A stretch of 64,000 nucleotides of DNA from Candidatus Krumholzibacteriota bacterium (GCA_963764625.1 CAVXTH010000009.1:96001-160000); one strand, 5' to 3'. Shown: positions 28,132 to 39,100, counted from the first letter of the stretch. The notes: a model not told the origin generated them from the letters alone. Translations and numbers: made by a program.

Positions 28132-30873
28132 TTATCGCGCCAGGAGCATCTTGTGACTGCTCGTGAACGTCCCCGCGTGCATGGAATAGAAATAGACTCC
28201 ACTTGCCACTGCGTTCCCGCGCGCGTCCTTGCCTTTCCAGATGGTCTGGTGTTCACCAGCCGAATACCGGTCGTGCACGAGCGTCTTCACCAGCCGGCCG
28301 CTCACGTCGTAGATGTCGATTTCCACTTCGCTCTGCTGCGGAATCGAGAAGCGGATTACAGTGGCCGGGTTGAATGGGTTCGGTGCGCATTGACTCAGAT
28401 GATAGGCGAGTGAAGAGATCTCCGGCGCGGCCGTGATTTCGCCAAACACCAGGTTTACATATTCGGGGTGGTCGATGTAGGGATTGCGGTTCAATTGGTA
28501 TTCATAGATCGCGGCGTTGCGTTGGAGCTCCTTCAGACTGACGGGATCCTCGTCGTTCCATTCCAGGAGCATCGAGAGGGCCCAGGGCAGGAGGTTGGCC
28601 CCCTCGACCATGGGGCTGCCGGTCCATCCGGCGTCCTCGGTGTAGTACCGGGTCGACATATAGAAATAGGTTCGAGCCAGATCTCCCTTGTAGGCGTCGA
28701 TGGGTTCGAAGACGACACCGGAGTACCCGGGATACGTGCACGGCCCCACCTTGCTGCCATTGAGGGACACCCACTGGGGATTGGTGACTTCTCCATAGGG
28801 ATAGTTACCGCGGTGCCCGTTGACGTCTGCGTCACAGGGATAGAGGATGAAGATATCGGTATACATGGGAGAGACCTCTCCCCCGAACCAACTCTTGGGC
28901 CACGAGTGCTCGCGGGTATAGCCGGTGCCCTCGCTGCCGCCGGTTCCACCCTGGTCGACGCCGAGAGTGTACTCGTAGGGCGGTGTGCCCCCCGGAACGT
29001 CCGAGTAGATGTCCCACACCTTGCCGTTGGGTTTGACGTCGGTCGTGTAGTACGCCGACCAAACGAAGTCATAACTGTGGGATTGATGGTCCTTGATGAT
29101 GGCGTGGAGAGCGCCGCGCAGGTCCTCGCCGATCAGTCCCTGCGCGCTGGCGTAGTATCCCGCGGGCGGTCCGTAGTCGGCGTAGTCGAAGGGAGTGGAA
29201 GCGGACGCGATGGCGTTTCCGAAGAGATCCTGGACCCCATCCACCGTCAGAGCGTACGACCCCTCGGACATCGCACTCACGGTCAGACTGACACGGCGGA
29301 AGTCGCTCACATCGCGCTGTGCCCCGCTCACCACCAATCCAGGAATCGAATAATGCGAGGTGAGCGCGGCCGATGTGGGATCGAGATCCTCGGAGAAGGA
29401 AACGATCACGGTCGTCGCGTTGGGGGCCGAGACCGAAGTGATGGAGGGAGCGGTGGGGTCGTTCACGAAAACGACATCCGCCGAGTCCCGAGGTTGGATC
29501 CTGTACTCGCCGCCCGCGTCCATGAGGATTCCGGTGAGGTCGTACACGGTTCCCAGAATCACGTTTGCCGGCACCGCCAGCTCTCCGACGAGACATTCCC
29601 CGCTCCCATCGTTTCCCGCCCACGCTCCGGCTCGATCGGTGTCGGTACACATCACGCCGGTCAGATGCACCGTTACTCCCTCGAGGTCCTCCATCGAGAC
29701 CGTCCCGCTCGTCGCATTCGTCGGCGCCGGGATCTCGCTCCCGGTCACTCGGTTCAGGACCAGAGGTTCGGTGAGTACCGTGGTTCCGTCGAAGCCGGAA
29801 CCCAGATTCTCGGTGACGACGCCACGGAGCAACACCGAGTCACCGAGCGCGTAGGGGGCAAAGCCGTTCACCCACACTCCGTTCCACGAGCCTCCACCAT
29901 TCTGGAGGACCGCGAAATCTCCGATGAAGGCGGTCACGACCCCGCTGGTGATGACCGGCTGCCCGGCGAAGAGAGATGTCGGTCCCTCGGACTGGATCTC
30001 GTGAATCGTGGCGGTGGTGGGAATTTGGTAACTGAAGCTCGCAGTTTCAGTGGCGGCGGGTACGTCGTTGGCGGCCGCGACCCGATAGTAGATCGTCGTG
30101 CCTTCCGGCTGTCCTGGAATCGGCGTCTGGGTCTGATAGAAGTCCCCGTAGAACTTCAGCATGGAAATCTGATTGGGCAATGAGACCGCGGAGAAGCCCC
30201 ACGAGAGCGTTACCGAAGTGATCGTGGCGACCGCGTCGCTGACCTCGGCCTGTACGTAAACGCTATCTCCCGGCAGGGGAGCGGTGGGAGCGATGGCCAC
30301 CGAGGAGATGCTGGGCTTGGGCACGGGAGGCGCCGTGCTGTGGGTGCCCGGGCTTCCCTGACTGGGGTAGTCGACCGGCGTGGCGGCCCACTCGTTTGGA
30401 TCGAAGGAGGTGTTGGGCGAGGTGATTCCCACGACGCGGACGTAGTCGGAATTCTCGAATCGAGTGGCGTCGGCCACCACGTAGTCGATGACGGTCGCGC
30501 TGGCGTTCACCAGCTTGGCTCCATCCCCGACCTTGCCGTTCCATAACCCGTCGTTGTCCGACCATGCTTCATCGGCGAAGTCGACCGTGAAGACGTCCAC
30601 CGTCGTCGCATCCCCGACGACCAGAGCGTCGCCGGCCAAAATGGTGCCGCTCAGATTCCAGGTGAACTCGTTGGTACCATTGCCGACGGCCACGACCGAC
30701 CAGCCAGTGAGGTCAACGTCGGTCGCTCCGGAGTTGTAGATCTCGATGAAGCGATCGGAGGCGTAATTGAGGCGCGGATCGCAGAGCTCGGAGATCATGA
30801 CATCGGCCACCGCGCGGCGGGCGAGAAGAAACGACAGCATCACCAGGAGAGAGAGAACGAGAGTCCGACGCAT
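28132..30873 (-). CDS. Secreted endonuclease I-family nuclease (lamin-tail + Ig-like + OB-like + EndA/Bsn catalytic + FlgD-Ig C-terminal domain)
   Basis: Signal peptide from ATG 30873 with GGAGG. LTD motif FIEIYNSG..VDLTGWS. Catalytic REHSWPKSW, VNGHRGNYPYG, KGDLARTYFYM and NRNPYIDHPE. Tail PNPFNPAT...IYDVSGRLVKTLV...VASGVYFY. Confidence 0.9.
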   Translation of the reverse strand: MRRTLVLSLLVMLSFLLARRAVADVMISELCDPRLNYASDRFIEIYNSGATDVDLTGWSVVAVGNGTNEFTWNLSGTILAGDALVVGDATTVDVFTVDFADEAWSDNDGLWNGKVGDGAKLVNASATVIDYVVADATRFENSDYVRVVGITSPNTSFDPNEWAATPVDYPSQGSPGTHSTAPPVPKPSISSVAIAPTAPLPGDSVYVQAEVSDAVATITSVTLSWGFSAVSLPNQISMLKFYGDFYQTQTPIPGQPEGTTIYYRVAAANDVPAATETASFSYQIPTTATIHEIQSEGPTSLFAGQPVITSGVVTAFIGDFAVLQNGGGSWNGVWVNGFAPYALGDSVLLRGVVTENLGSGFDGTTVLTEPLVLNRVTGSEIPAPTNATSGTVSMEDLEGVTVHLTGVMCTDTDRAGAWAGNDGSGECLVGELAVPANVILGTVYDLTGILMDAGGEYRIQPRDSADVVFVNDPTAPSITSVSAPNATTVIVSFSEDLDPTSAALTSHYSIPGLVVSGAQRDVSDFRRVSLTVSAMSEGSYALTVDGVQDLFGNAIASASTPFDYADYGPPAGYYASAQGLIGEDLRGALHAIIKDHQSHSYDFVWSAYYTTDVKPNGKVWDIYSDVPGGTPPYEYTLGVDQGGTGGSEGTGYTREHSWPKSWFGGEVSPMYTDIFILYPCDADVNGHRGNYPYGEVTNPQWVSLNGSKVGPCTYPGYSGVVFEPIDAYKGDLARTYFYMSTRYYTEDAGWTGSPMVEGANLLPWALSMLLEWNDEDPVSLKELQRNAAIYEYQLNRNPYIDHPEYVNLVFGEITAAPEISSLAYHLSQCAPNPFNPATVIRFSIPQQSEVEIDIYDVSGRLVKTLVHDRYSAGEHQTIWKGKDARGNAVASGVYFYSMHAGTFTSSHKMLLAR

Positions 30874-30931
30874 GATGCCTCCCGGTGGCGAATGCCGATG
30901 ATCGGGGTCAGGAGTCTTCCATTGATAGTCC

Positions 30932-31546
30932 GTGGAACGGGAGCATACCACAGAAACAACGGCTCGAATCGAGCGAGTCGCTTGCGCCGGGCCCTTTCGA
31001 CTCCTCGGTGCCTCCGGCCCTGGCCTGGCAAGCATGTCCTTCAACAACATTTCCACTCCCGCTTTGGGAAACGACAACTTCGTCGGAACGTCTCCCAACG
31101 AGATCAACGTGAACCAAAAGGCTTACGATACGGTGGGTTACATCGACATGGTGTTCGAAGTGACCGACGTGGGAGCACCGGCGACCGAGTACGTGCTCAA
31201 TGAGGGTGTCGCCAACAGCACCGGGGACGACTGGACCGATTACCACCTGGAGCTGGGCTTTGGCACCGGGGCTGGTTTCGTTCCATCGGCAGCTGGAGAC
31301 GGTCTCGACTTCGACAGCCCCGACCTCGATTCTCCCTACTCCTTCGGACCTTTCACTTCGATCAGCTTCGGCGAGGACACGATGGATGCCATGGGGGGCA
31401 CCATCTTCAGCGGGGGCTTCTACAACTTCTCCTTCCCCATCGACGTGCCCGAGACCATCACCGAGTTCACGGTCCGGCAGTGGCCCACCGTCGCTCCGGT
31501 AGGAACGGAGTCCTCGAGCATCGGAAAGGTCAAGTCGCAATACTAG
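30932..31546 (+). CDS. Putative surface protein ending in a V-x5-[WI]G-x-[VI]K-x-x-Y tail; 5' end uncertain, possibly truncated
   Basis: Acidic beta-rich domain (TEYVLNEGVANSTGDDWTDYHLELGFGTG..DGLDFD), C-terminus VGTESSSIGKVKSQY. No clear signal peptide. Confidence 0.65.
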   Translation: MEREHTTETTARIERVACAGPFRLLGASGPGLASMSFNNISTPALGNDNFVGTSPNEINVNQKAYDTVGYIDMVFEVTDVGAPATEYVLNEGVANSTGDDWTDYHLELGFGTGAGFVPSAAGDGLDFDSPDLDSPYSFGPFTSISFGEDTMDAMGGTIFSGGFYNFSFPIDVPETITEFTVRQWPTVAPVGTESSSIGKVKSQY

Positions 31547-31574
31547 CAATCGAGCCTCGTGCTCGAACTGTTTC

Positions 31575-31604
31575 AGGGGCGGTCTCAGACTCGGGACCGC
31601 CCCT
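31575..31604 (+). terminator. Stem-loop after the surface-protein gene
   Basis: AGGGGCGGTC...GACCGCCCCT inverted repeat; weak U-tract. Confidence 0.45.
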
Positions 31605-31780
31605 AGGTCTCCCCAGGCTCCCCCGGCCCAAGACTTCCTCCCCGGCCACCCGCTCTCCTCAAAAGATCTGAACAAATCTTCAATTCTTTCTCCGCTGGTC
31701 TTGCCGAGGACATGCGTTGGGTACAGTGTACGAGCAATCCATGTCCGAGCTCCAGGGGTTGGGGCGAGCAGGGGGGACCC

Positions 31781-33010
31781 ATGAAGAAACTCGTGATTCC
31801 GGCTCTGCTGGTGGTCGTGGCCCTGGTCGTGGTGGCCTTGATGCACTGGCGCCGCGAAAAGGGTGAGGAATACCGGCTCGTCGAGGTGACGCGCGGGGAC
31901 GTACAGAGCACGGTGACCAGCACCGGAATCCTGCAGGCGATCAATACGATTCAGGTTGGAACCCAGGTTTCTGGGAAAGTCTCCGAGATCCACGTGGACT
32001 TCAACGATCACGTCAAGAAAGGGGAGCTCATCGCCCGCATCGACCCGACACTCTTGGAGCAGGCGGTTCGACTGACGGACGCTGATCTTACCCGCGCCCG
32101 CGCCGGGCTCGCCGACGCCAAAAGGCAGTTCACTCGAAGTGAGGATCTCTACCAACAGAAGGCGATCACCGAGAACGACTACAGCACGGCCAAGTACAAT
32201 CTCGAAGTGGCCAAGGCCGCTCTGGAATCGGCGGAGGTCAATCGGGAACGGGCGGCGCAGAATCTCGCCTACACCGAGATTCGCTCACCGGTCGATGGAG
32301 TTGTGATCGATCGCACGGTCGATGTGGGCCAGACGGTGGCCGCCAGTCTCTCCGCCCCTCAACTCTTTCTCATCGCCGAGGACCTCTCCAAGATGGAGAT
32401 CTTGGCCTCGGTCGACGAGAGCGACATCGGGAAGATCCACGAGGGGCAGGAGGTAAAATTCACCGTACAGGCTTACCCCGACTCGAGCTTCGCCGGAACC
32501 GTCAAGCAAGTGCGGCTGAAGTCGACAATTCAGGAGAACGTGGTCAACTACGTGGTGTCGATCGCGGTTGCGAACCCCTCTGGTCGACTCTTGCCGGGAA
32601 TGACCGCCACCGTCGATTTCATCGTGGCCGAATCCAAAGATGTCCTGATGGTTCCCAACGCTGCCCTGCGCTTTCGAGCCACCGAGAAGATGCTGACTGA
32701 GCTCCGCAAGCAGCGTAGTGCGGCCGCCGCTGGCGACAGCACGCGTGCCGCGGGACGACGGCTTCCACGGGGTACGAACACTCCTAGCCGCGTCATGTTG
32801 TGGACTCTGGACGAGAATGGCCAGCCCACCCCGATCTTCGCGCGCACCGGAATCTCCAATGGCCAGTCCACCGAAGTCACCAGCCGGCGCTTGCAGGATG
32901 GCATGCAGATCATTGCGTCGGTGGTGAGCTCATCGGGAGGAAGCGCGGTCTCCAATCCCTTCCAGGGCGAACGGCAGGACCGGCGGCGCGGGCCGCCTCC
33001 CGGCCTTTAG
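31781..33010 (+). CDS. MacA-like membrane fusion protein
   Basis: VGTQVSGKV..I.VDFND.VKKG, IRSPVDGVV and LLPGMTA. Confidence 0.93.
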   Translation: MKKLVIPALLVVVALVVVALMHWRREKGEEYRLVEVTRGDVQSTVTSTGILQAINTIQVGTQVSGKVSEIHVDFNDHVKKGELIARIDPTLLEQAVRLTDADLTRARAGLADAKRQFTRSEDLYQQKAITENDYSTAKYNLEVAKAALESAEVNRERAAQNLAYTEIRSPVDGVVIDRTVDVGQTVAASLSAPQLFLIAEDLSKMEILASVDESDIGKIHEGQEVKFTVQAYPDSSFAGTVKQVRLKSTIQENVVNYVVSIAVANPSGRLLPGMTATVDFIVAESKDVLMVPNAALRFRATEKMLTELRKQRSAAAAGDSTRAAGRRLPRGTNTPSRVMLWTLDENGQPTPIFARTGISNGQSTEVTSRRLQDGMQIIASVVSSSGGSAVSNPFQGERQDRRRGPPPGL

Positions 33011-33020
33011 AGGTGGCGTC

Positions 33021-33779
33021 ATGAACGAGCATCCCGTCATCGAAGCCACCGAGCTGGTGAAGACCTATCGCATGGGAAGTACCGAGGTACACGCTCTGCG
33101 TGGAGTTTCCTTGCGGGTGGAGCCGGGCGAGATGATCGCGATCATGGGTTCGTCGGGATCGGGCAAGTCGACTCTCATGAACATCCTGGGTTGCCTGGAT
33201 CGACCGAGCTCGGGGAGATATTTGCTCGAGGGAATGCGGGTAGACGAGTTGAGCCGGAACCGTCTCGCCGACATTCGTAACGCGAAAATTGGTTTTGTCT
33301 TCCAGACTTTCAACTTGCTGGCCCGGACCAGCGCGGCCGAAAACGTGGAGTTACCGCTCCTGTACGACCGGTCGGGACGGACACTGGATGTTCGGGCGCT
33401 CGCCAAGGAAGCCCTCGCCCGCGTCGGTCTCGCCGATCGGTTCGAGCACGAACCGTCCGAACTCTCGGGCGGGCAGCAACAGCGCGTCGCTATCGCCCGC
33501 GCTCTGGTGACCCGACCCGCCCTGGTTCTCGCGGACGAGCCCACGGGAAACCTCGATACCAGAACCTCGCTCGAGGTCATGAATGTCTTTCAAGAACTCA
33601 ATCGCGAGGGAACGACGACGATTCTGGTAACACACGAGCACGACATCGCTGCCTACGTCCGCCGCACGGTCGAGCTGCGCGACGGGCGGATCGTGCGCGA
33701 TGAACCGGTGGCCCAGCTTCGCGACGCCGCCGCCGATCTCGCGAGAATGGACGAAGCCAAGGCAGGGGGTGGCAGGTGA
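33021..33779 (+). CDS. ABC transporter ATP-binding protein (MacB/LolD-like)
   Basis: Walker [25 protein letters not shown] and [10 protein letters not shown]. Confidence 0.96.
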   Translation: MNEHPVIEATELVKTYRMGSTEVHALRGVSLRVEPGEMIAIMGSSGSGKSTLMNILGCLDRPSSGRYLLEGMRVDELSRNRLADIRNAKIGFVFQTFNLLARTSAAENVELPLLYDRSGRTLDVRALAKEALARVGLADRFEHEPSELSGGQQQRVAIARALVTRPALVLADEPTGNLDTRTSLEVMNVFQELNREGTTTILVTHEHDIAAYVRRTVELRDGRIVRDEPVAQLRDAAADLARMDEAKAGGGR

Positions 33780-34993
33780 AAAGCACAAACCTGATTCGCA
33801 TCGCCGGCCGTAGCCTGGTCAAGAACAAGACACGGGCCCTTCTCACCATGCTCGGCATCGTGATCGGAGTGGGAGCGGTCATCCTCATGGTCGCCATCGG
33901 ACAGGGGGCGACCAAGCAAATTGAGTCGACGGTACAAGGGCTGGGAACCAACATGATCGTCATCACTCCTGGCGCGGTTGCGACCAGCGGGGTGAGTCAG
34001 GGCGCTCAGAGCTTCAATCGACTCACCGTGGAGGACGCCGACCACCTTCGTCAGCAGAGTTTCATCTTGTCTGCAATCTCACCGGTCGTGACGACTCGGA
34101 GTCAGATCGTGGGAGGACACGGCAACTGGAGGGCCTTCATCTTTGGGGTCCATACCGACTACCAGATCATTCGCGACTGGCCGACGGAGTCAGGGGTTTT
34201 CTTCGATAACACCGACATGAAGGCGATGCGAAAGGTCGTCGTGCTAGGGAAGACGGTGGCAGATAACCTTTTCGGTGACGAAGATCCCCTCCAGCAGCAA
34301 GTCCGAATTCGCAACGTTCCCTTCACCGTCATTGGAGTTCTCGCGAGAAAGGGACAGACGGCGGGGGGCAACGACCAAGATGACGTCGTTCTCGCTCCCT
34401 ACACCACGGTGCAGAGCCGGCTCGCGGGCCACCAGTTCATCACCCAGATCCTGGCGAGCACTTCGTCTCCCGACGACATCGAGGCCGGCGAAGAGGAAGC
34501 GCGCGCCATCATGCGCGACTCCCACGGACTCCACCAGGGACAGGACGACGACTTCACGGTGCGTAACCAGGAGGACCTGGCCAAGACCGCGGCCAAGACC
34601 ACCGAAGTGATGACCCTCTTGCTCTCCGCCATTGCCGGAATCTCGCTCGTCGTGGGGGGCATCGGCATCATGAACATCATGCTCGTTTCGGTGACCGAGA
34701 GAACGCGCGAGATCGGTTTGCGCATGGCCCTGGGTGCGCGCGGCGGGGACATCCTCACCCAGTTTCTGGTCGAGAGTGTGGTCTTGAGCCTCGCTGGCGG
34801 TTTGATCGGTGTGGCGGTGGGGCTGGCCGGTGGTCTGCTTCTGGGTTCCATCACCGGCTGGGCGATTGCCATTTCCCCGGTTACGGTGCTCCTAGCTCTG
34901 ACCTTCGCTGGGTCGGTGGGAGTGTTCTTCGGATTCTACCCTGCACGCCGGGCCGCCGCGCTGGACCCCATCGAGGCTCTGCGCTACGAGTGA
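33776..34993 (+). CDS. MacB/FtsX-type ABC permease
   Basis: LTMLGIVIGVGAV, GGIGIMNIMLVSVTERTREIG and PARRAAALDPIEALRYE. Confidence 0.96.
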   Translation: MKSTNLIRIAGRSLVKNKTRALLTMLGIVIGVGAVILMVAIGQGATKQIESTVQGLGTNMIVITPGAVATSGVSQGAQSFNRLTVEDADHLRQQSFILSAISPVVTTRSQIVGGHGNWRAFIFGVHTDYQIIRDWPTESGVFFDNTDMKAMRKVVVLGKTVADNLFGDEDPLQQQVRIRNVPFTVIGVLARKGQTAGGNDQDDVVLAPYTTVQSRLAGHQFITQILASTSSPDDIEAGEEEARAIMRDSHGLHQGQDDDFTVRNQEDLAKTAAKTTEVMTLLLSAIAGISLVVGGIGIMNIMLVSVTERTREIGLRMALGARGGDILTQFLVESVVLSLAGGLIGVAVGLAGGLLLGSITGWAIAISPVTVLLALTFAGSVGVFFGFYPARRAAALDPIEALRYE

Positions 34994-35020
34994 CGGGGTT
35001 GGCGGAGAGCTGAGGCAAAG

Positions 35021-35053
35021 AAAAACCCCGCCTCCTTTCGGAGGCGGGGTCTT
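35021..35053. terminator. Intrinsic terminator between convergent genes
   Basis: ACCCCGCCTCC-TTTC-GGAGGCGGGGT stem with an A5 flank (U-tract on the minus strand). Confidence 0.85.
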
Positions 35054-35080
35054 GCCGTCTAAGCAAGTGGGCTCTTCAGC

Positions 35081-35407
35081 CTACCAGCGGTTATTGCCGC
35101 CGCCACCACCGTAGCCGCCGCCACCGCCGCCACCGTAGCCACCGCCACCGCCACCGCCGCGCTTCGGGCGATCCTGGGCCTCGTTGACCCTAAGATCACG
35201 ACCATCCATTTCCTTCCCATTCAGTGCGGAAATGGCGGCTGTCGCCGCGTCGTCGTCCATCTCCACGAATCCAAATCCGCGGGGGCGACCCGTGTCGCGG
35301 TCGTTGATCAACGCGACCGAGTGCACGTTTCCGTGCTTGCTGAACATCTCGTTGACTGCTGCTTCGGTCGCGCTGAAGGGCAGATTGCCCACATAAAGTT
35401 TCTTCAC
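35081..35407 (-). CDS. RRM RNA-binding protein with a Gly-rich tail
   Basis: RNP2 LYVGNL, RNP1 RGFGFVEM, tail GGGGGYGGGG; GTG start with GGAG upstream. Confidence 0.95.
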   Translation of the reverse strand: MKKLYVGNLPFSATEAAVNEMFSKHGNVHSVALINDRDTGRPRGFGFVEMDDDAATAAISALNGKEMDGRDLRVNEAQDRPKRGGGGGGGYGGGGGGGYGGGGGNNRW

Positions 35408-35423
35408 TTTCGTCTGTCTCCAA

Positions 35424-35561
35424 GAACCGGAATGCCGGTTCATCCCAAGTGCTTCAAGCCATTCCGAGGATCGGATGGGCCCCTGCACTCTATACAAGTC
35501 CAGCGACTTGCTGGACAACTTCCCCCTGATCAGGGGAATTTGAACTCGGCGATGCCGAGTT
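35424..35561 (-). promoter_or_regulatory. Hairpin-rich putative 5' leader of the RRM gene
   Basis: Five consecutive inverted repeats at 35424-41, 35459-78, 35498-516, 35520-38 and 35543-61. Confidence 0.5.
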
Positions 35562-36120
35562 AAATCTGGTTTGGTCTCTGGTCCGGGTTTGCTGAGGTCG
35601 AGAATTCCGTACTGGACGAGGCCGTTTCATCCGACCCGCACAACAGAGGGGGCAAGAAGATCTTAAAATTGGCGTGCTGTCTCTCGCGAGACGCTGTTGT
35701 CCGCCGCAGCCGATCGGGACCAGGCCGCTTAGTGGAGCCAAGTAAAGCAATTCGTGGGCCGACAGCTAGGATTATCTTGAGCCAGGGTCCAGTCAGATCA
35801 AGATTGGGACTATCTCTTCGGGGCGAAGTCTGAGGTGGGTGCGATGCGCGGCTTGATTCCCCGGGGTCTCTGCACGGTCTGGATCGCGGGGAGCTTCACG
35901 CAGACGCGGAAGATGGCGCTCCCGAAATAAGCCGGGTCCCGAGTCCGCTCGAAGACGGACCGAAGTCTCAGCGCTGTTTTCTTTCTCCTCGAGATTCCGC
36001 GGAACCCAACCCTTCACAATACGTACTCGATAGATCCGTCTTGCATCGGGCATGGGGTCCGGTATCCTTCAATACCGCCAACTCGTTGTCGCTTCAGAAC
36101 ATCAATCGAAGAGGAAAGTC

Positions 36121-39100
36121 ATGAGATCGTTCGCGTGTGTCGTCCTGGCGCTCGTACTTTTGAGTGCCCTTGCTTCGGCGCCGGCGCTGGCCGCTTCCGA
36201 GTACATCCAGACCTCCGATATCCATGGAGACATGATCGTCTTCACCGCCGAGTCGGATCTCTGGCTCACCTCCACCAGTGGCGGAATACCCCAACGACTC
36301 ACCACCCACGAGGGAGCGGAGTACTTTCCTGCCTTCTCGCCCGACGGCAAGCTGATCGCCTTCACCGGTTCCTACGACGGGAATAACGACGTCTTCGTGA
36401 TGCCGGCAACTGGAGGGGAACCGCACCGCCTGACCTGGCACCCCGGTAGCGATCAGGTGGTGGGTTGGTGGCCGGACGGCTCCAAGGTGATTTTCCGCAG
36501 CAGTCGCAACGATCCCAATCACACCTATCACCTCTTCACCGTCGACCTGGTGGGCTCAGATCCAGTGGAACTGCCCCTGGGCTGGGCTTCGCGGATCGAC
36601 GTCGATCCCAAGAGCGGCATGTACGCCTTTGACCGTACCACGCGGGAGTGGGCCACCTGGAAGCGCTATCGAGGCGGAACCGCTTCGAACCTGTGGGTGG
36701 GCGACCCCACTAAGGCCAACTACAAGCAGATCACCAGCTTCGCCGGGATGGATCTGTTCCCCATGTGGCACGATGGCCGCATCTATTTCCTGAGCGACCA
36801 GGGAGGTACGGCCAACATCTGGTCGATCAAACCCGATGGCACCGACCGCAAGCGTCACACCGACTTCGGGAAGTGGGACGCGCGCTGGCCTTCCATGGGT
36901 CCCGACGGCCGCATCGTGTTCACCCTAGCCGCCGACCTCGAGATTTTCGACCCCGCCAGCGGGAAGACGCACAAGGTCGAGATCAACCTACCCAGCGACC
37001 GCAAGTTGACCCGAACCCGCTATCCCGATGCCGAAAAGAACATGACTGAATTCGCGCTCGCTCCCGACGGGGAGAGAGTAGCCGTGGCGACTCGCGGTGA
37101 GATCTTCTCGGTTCCGGTGAAGGACGGGGTGACGCTGCCCATCACCCGGGGCACCGGATCCCGCGAACGCGGGGTGAGCTACGGGCCCAAGGGAGAGAAG
37201 ATCCTCTACATCACCGACGAACCCCATGAGGACGAGTTCCGTCTGGCCGACGCCTGGGGCCGTGGCGAGCCCACGGTTGTGAAGAAAGCAGGCACCACGA
37301 CCTGGCATCGCCAGCCGACCATGTCGCCCGACGGCAAGTGGATCGCCTGGGCCGACAACACCTTCACTCTCTTCGTGAAACCGGTCGACGGCGGCACGGT
37401 CCAGAAAGTAGATCACAGCGACCAGTTCGAGATCGGAAGCTATCGCTGGAGCCCCGACGGTCGCTGGCTGGCCTACGACAAGCTGCTACCCAACGAATAC
37501 ACTTCGGTGTACATCTACGACACCCAGGAAAAGAAGACCCACGAGATCACCGGGCCCAACACGAACGACTACGATGCGACCTGGGACCCGGACGGCCGCT
37601 ACCTCTATTTCATCAGCGACCGGGCCACCAACCCTCTGATCGGCGAGAACGACTACATGGACGTCGAGTTCAAGAACGACCAGCTCTACATGGTTCTTTT
37701 GCGCAAGGACGTGAAGGATCCCATGGCGAACCTGAACGGTCTGCCACCCGACAAGGACAAGGGCGACAAGGACAAGAAGGATGACAAGGGGAAGAAGGAC
37801 GAGAAGAAGGACAAGAGACAAGGACAAGATTGAGCCGGTGAAGATCGACTTCGACGGTCTGGCCGAACGCTTCGTCGAGCTTCCCGTCGATCGCGGCCAC
37901 TACTACGGTTTGGCGGCCACCAGCAAGAACCTGTTCTTCGTCTCCCGTCCGAAGAAGGGGATGGCCGAGAGCGGCGGCTTCTTCAGCGATCCCAAACCCA
38001 CGGACATCCTGATGTCCTTCAGTCTGAAGGACAAGGAGGCCGATACTTTCGTCGACGGCATCATGGACTACGACCTGAACGCAAAGGCGGACAAGATCGC
38101 CTTCATGAAACGGAAGGGTGACCTCTACGTGGTCGACACCGGCTCGGCTCCCAAGGATCTTAGCAAGGCCAAGGTTGACCTGTCCGGACTCGTGGTCGAG
38201 CTGGATCCGCGTGAGGAATGGAGCCAGATGTACTACGAGGCGTGGCGTCAAATGCGCGATTTCTATTGGGATCGCAACATGGGTGGGGTCGATTGGGAGG
38301 CCAAACGCGATCAGTACGCGAGCCTGTTGCCTCGGCTCTCGAGCCGCGGCGATCTGAGCGATCTCTTGGGTCAGCTCTACGGCGAGATGGCGACTTCCCA
38401 TACCTACGTATGGGGTGGTGATTCCGGGGTGAAACTACCCCATGTCTCGACCGGCATGCTGGGCGCTGATCTGGTACGTGAGGGTAAGGCCTACAAGGTG
38501 GCGCGCATCTATCGTGGCGATGACGCGGATCGCGTGCGCTCGCCGCTCCTGGAGCCGGGCGTGAACGTGAAGGAAGGCGACTACATTCTGGCCGTCAATC
38601 GCAAACCCTTCGACGGCAAGCATTCTTTCTACTCTTCGATGGAAGAGCTGGCCGGCAAGGGAGTCCAGTTGACCGTCAACGACAAGCCCACGATGGACGG
38701 GGCGCGCGAAGTCACCGTGGTACCGATGGGCAGCGAGAGCGACCTGCGCTATTCGGACTGGGTGAGGCGTAATCGCGAGTACGTGGCCAAGAAAACCGAC
38801 GGCAAGATCGGCTACATTCATATTCCCGACATGGGCACCGACGGCATGATCGAGTTCAACACCTGGTTCTATCCGCAGTTGGACAAGGAGGGAATGGTGG
38901 TCGACGTGCGCTGGAACGGAGGCGGCTCGGTTTCCCAGATCATCCTCGACCGTCTGCGCCGCCACGTGCTGAGCTTCGATCGCAATTGGGGTGGGGGCAT
39001 CTGGACCTATCCCGACAAGGTCCTCAACGGACCTTTCGTGGTGCTCACCAACGAATTCGCCGGCTCCGACGGGGACATCTTCCCTCAGGCGGTGCAACTG

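Noticed and set aside
30874-31107. N-terminal extension of the nuclease ORF overlapping the divergent gene
   Set aside because: The signal peptide and GGAGG RBS place the start at 30873
35085-35160. (CCG/CCA)n repeat as a DNA repeat element
   Set aside because: It simply encodes the Gly-rich tail of the RRM protein
35590-35640. Hammerhead-ribozyme-like words (CTGGACGAG ... GTTTC)
   Set aside because: The core elements are not on the same strand or in the right order, and CUGANGA is not intact
37740-37835. Programmed frameshift or phase variation in the GACAAG repeat of the tricorn gene
   Set aside because: The Lys/Asp-rich linker is ordinary low-complexity sequence, and the window has many similar indels best explained as sequencing error
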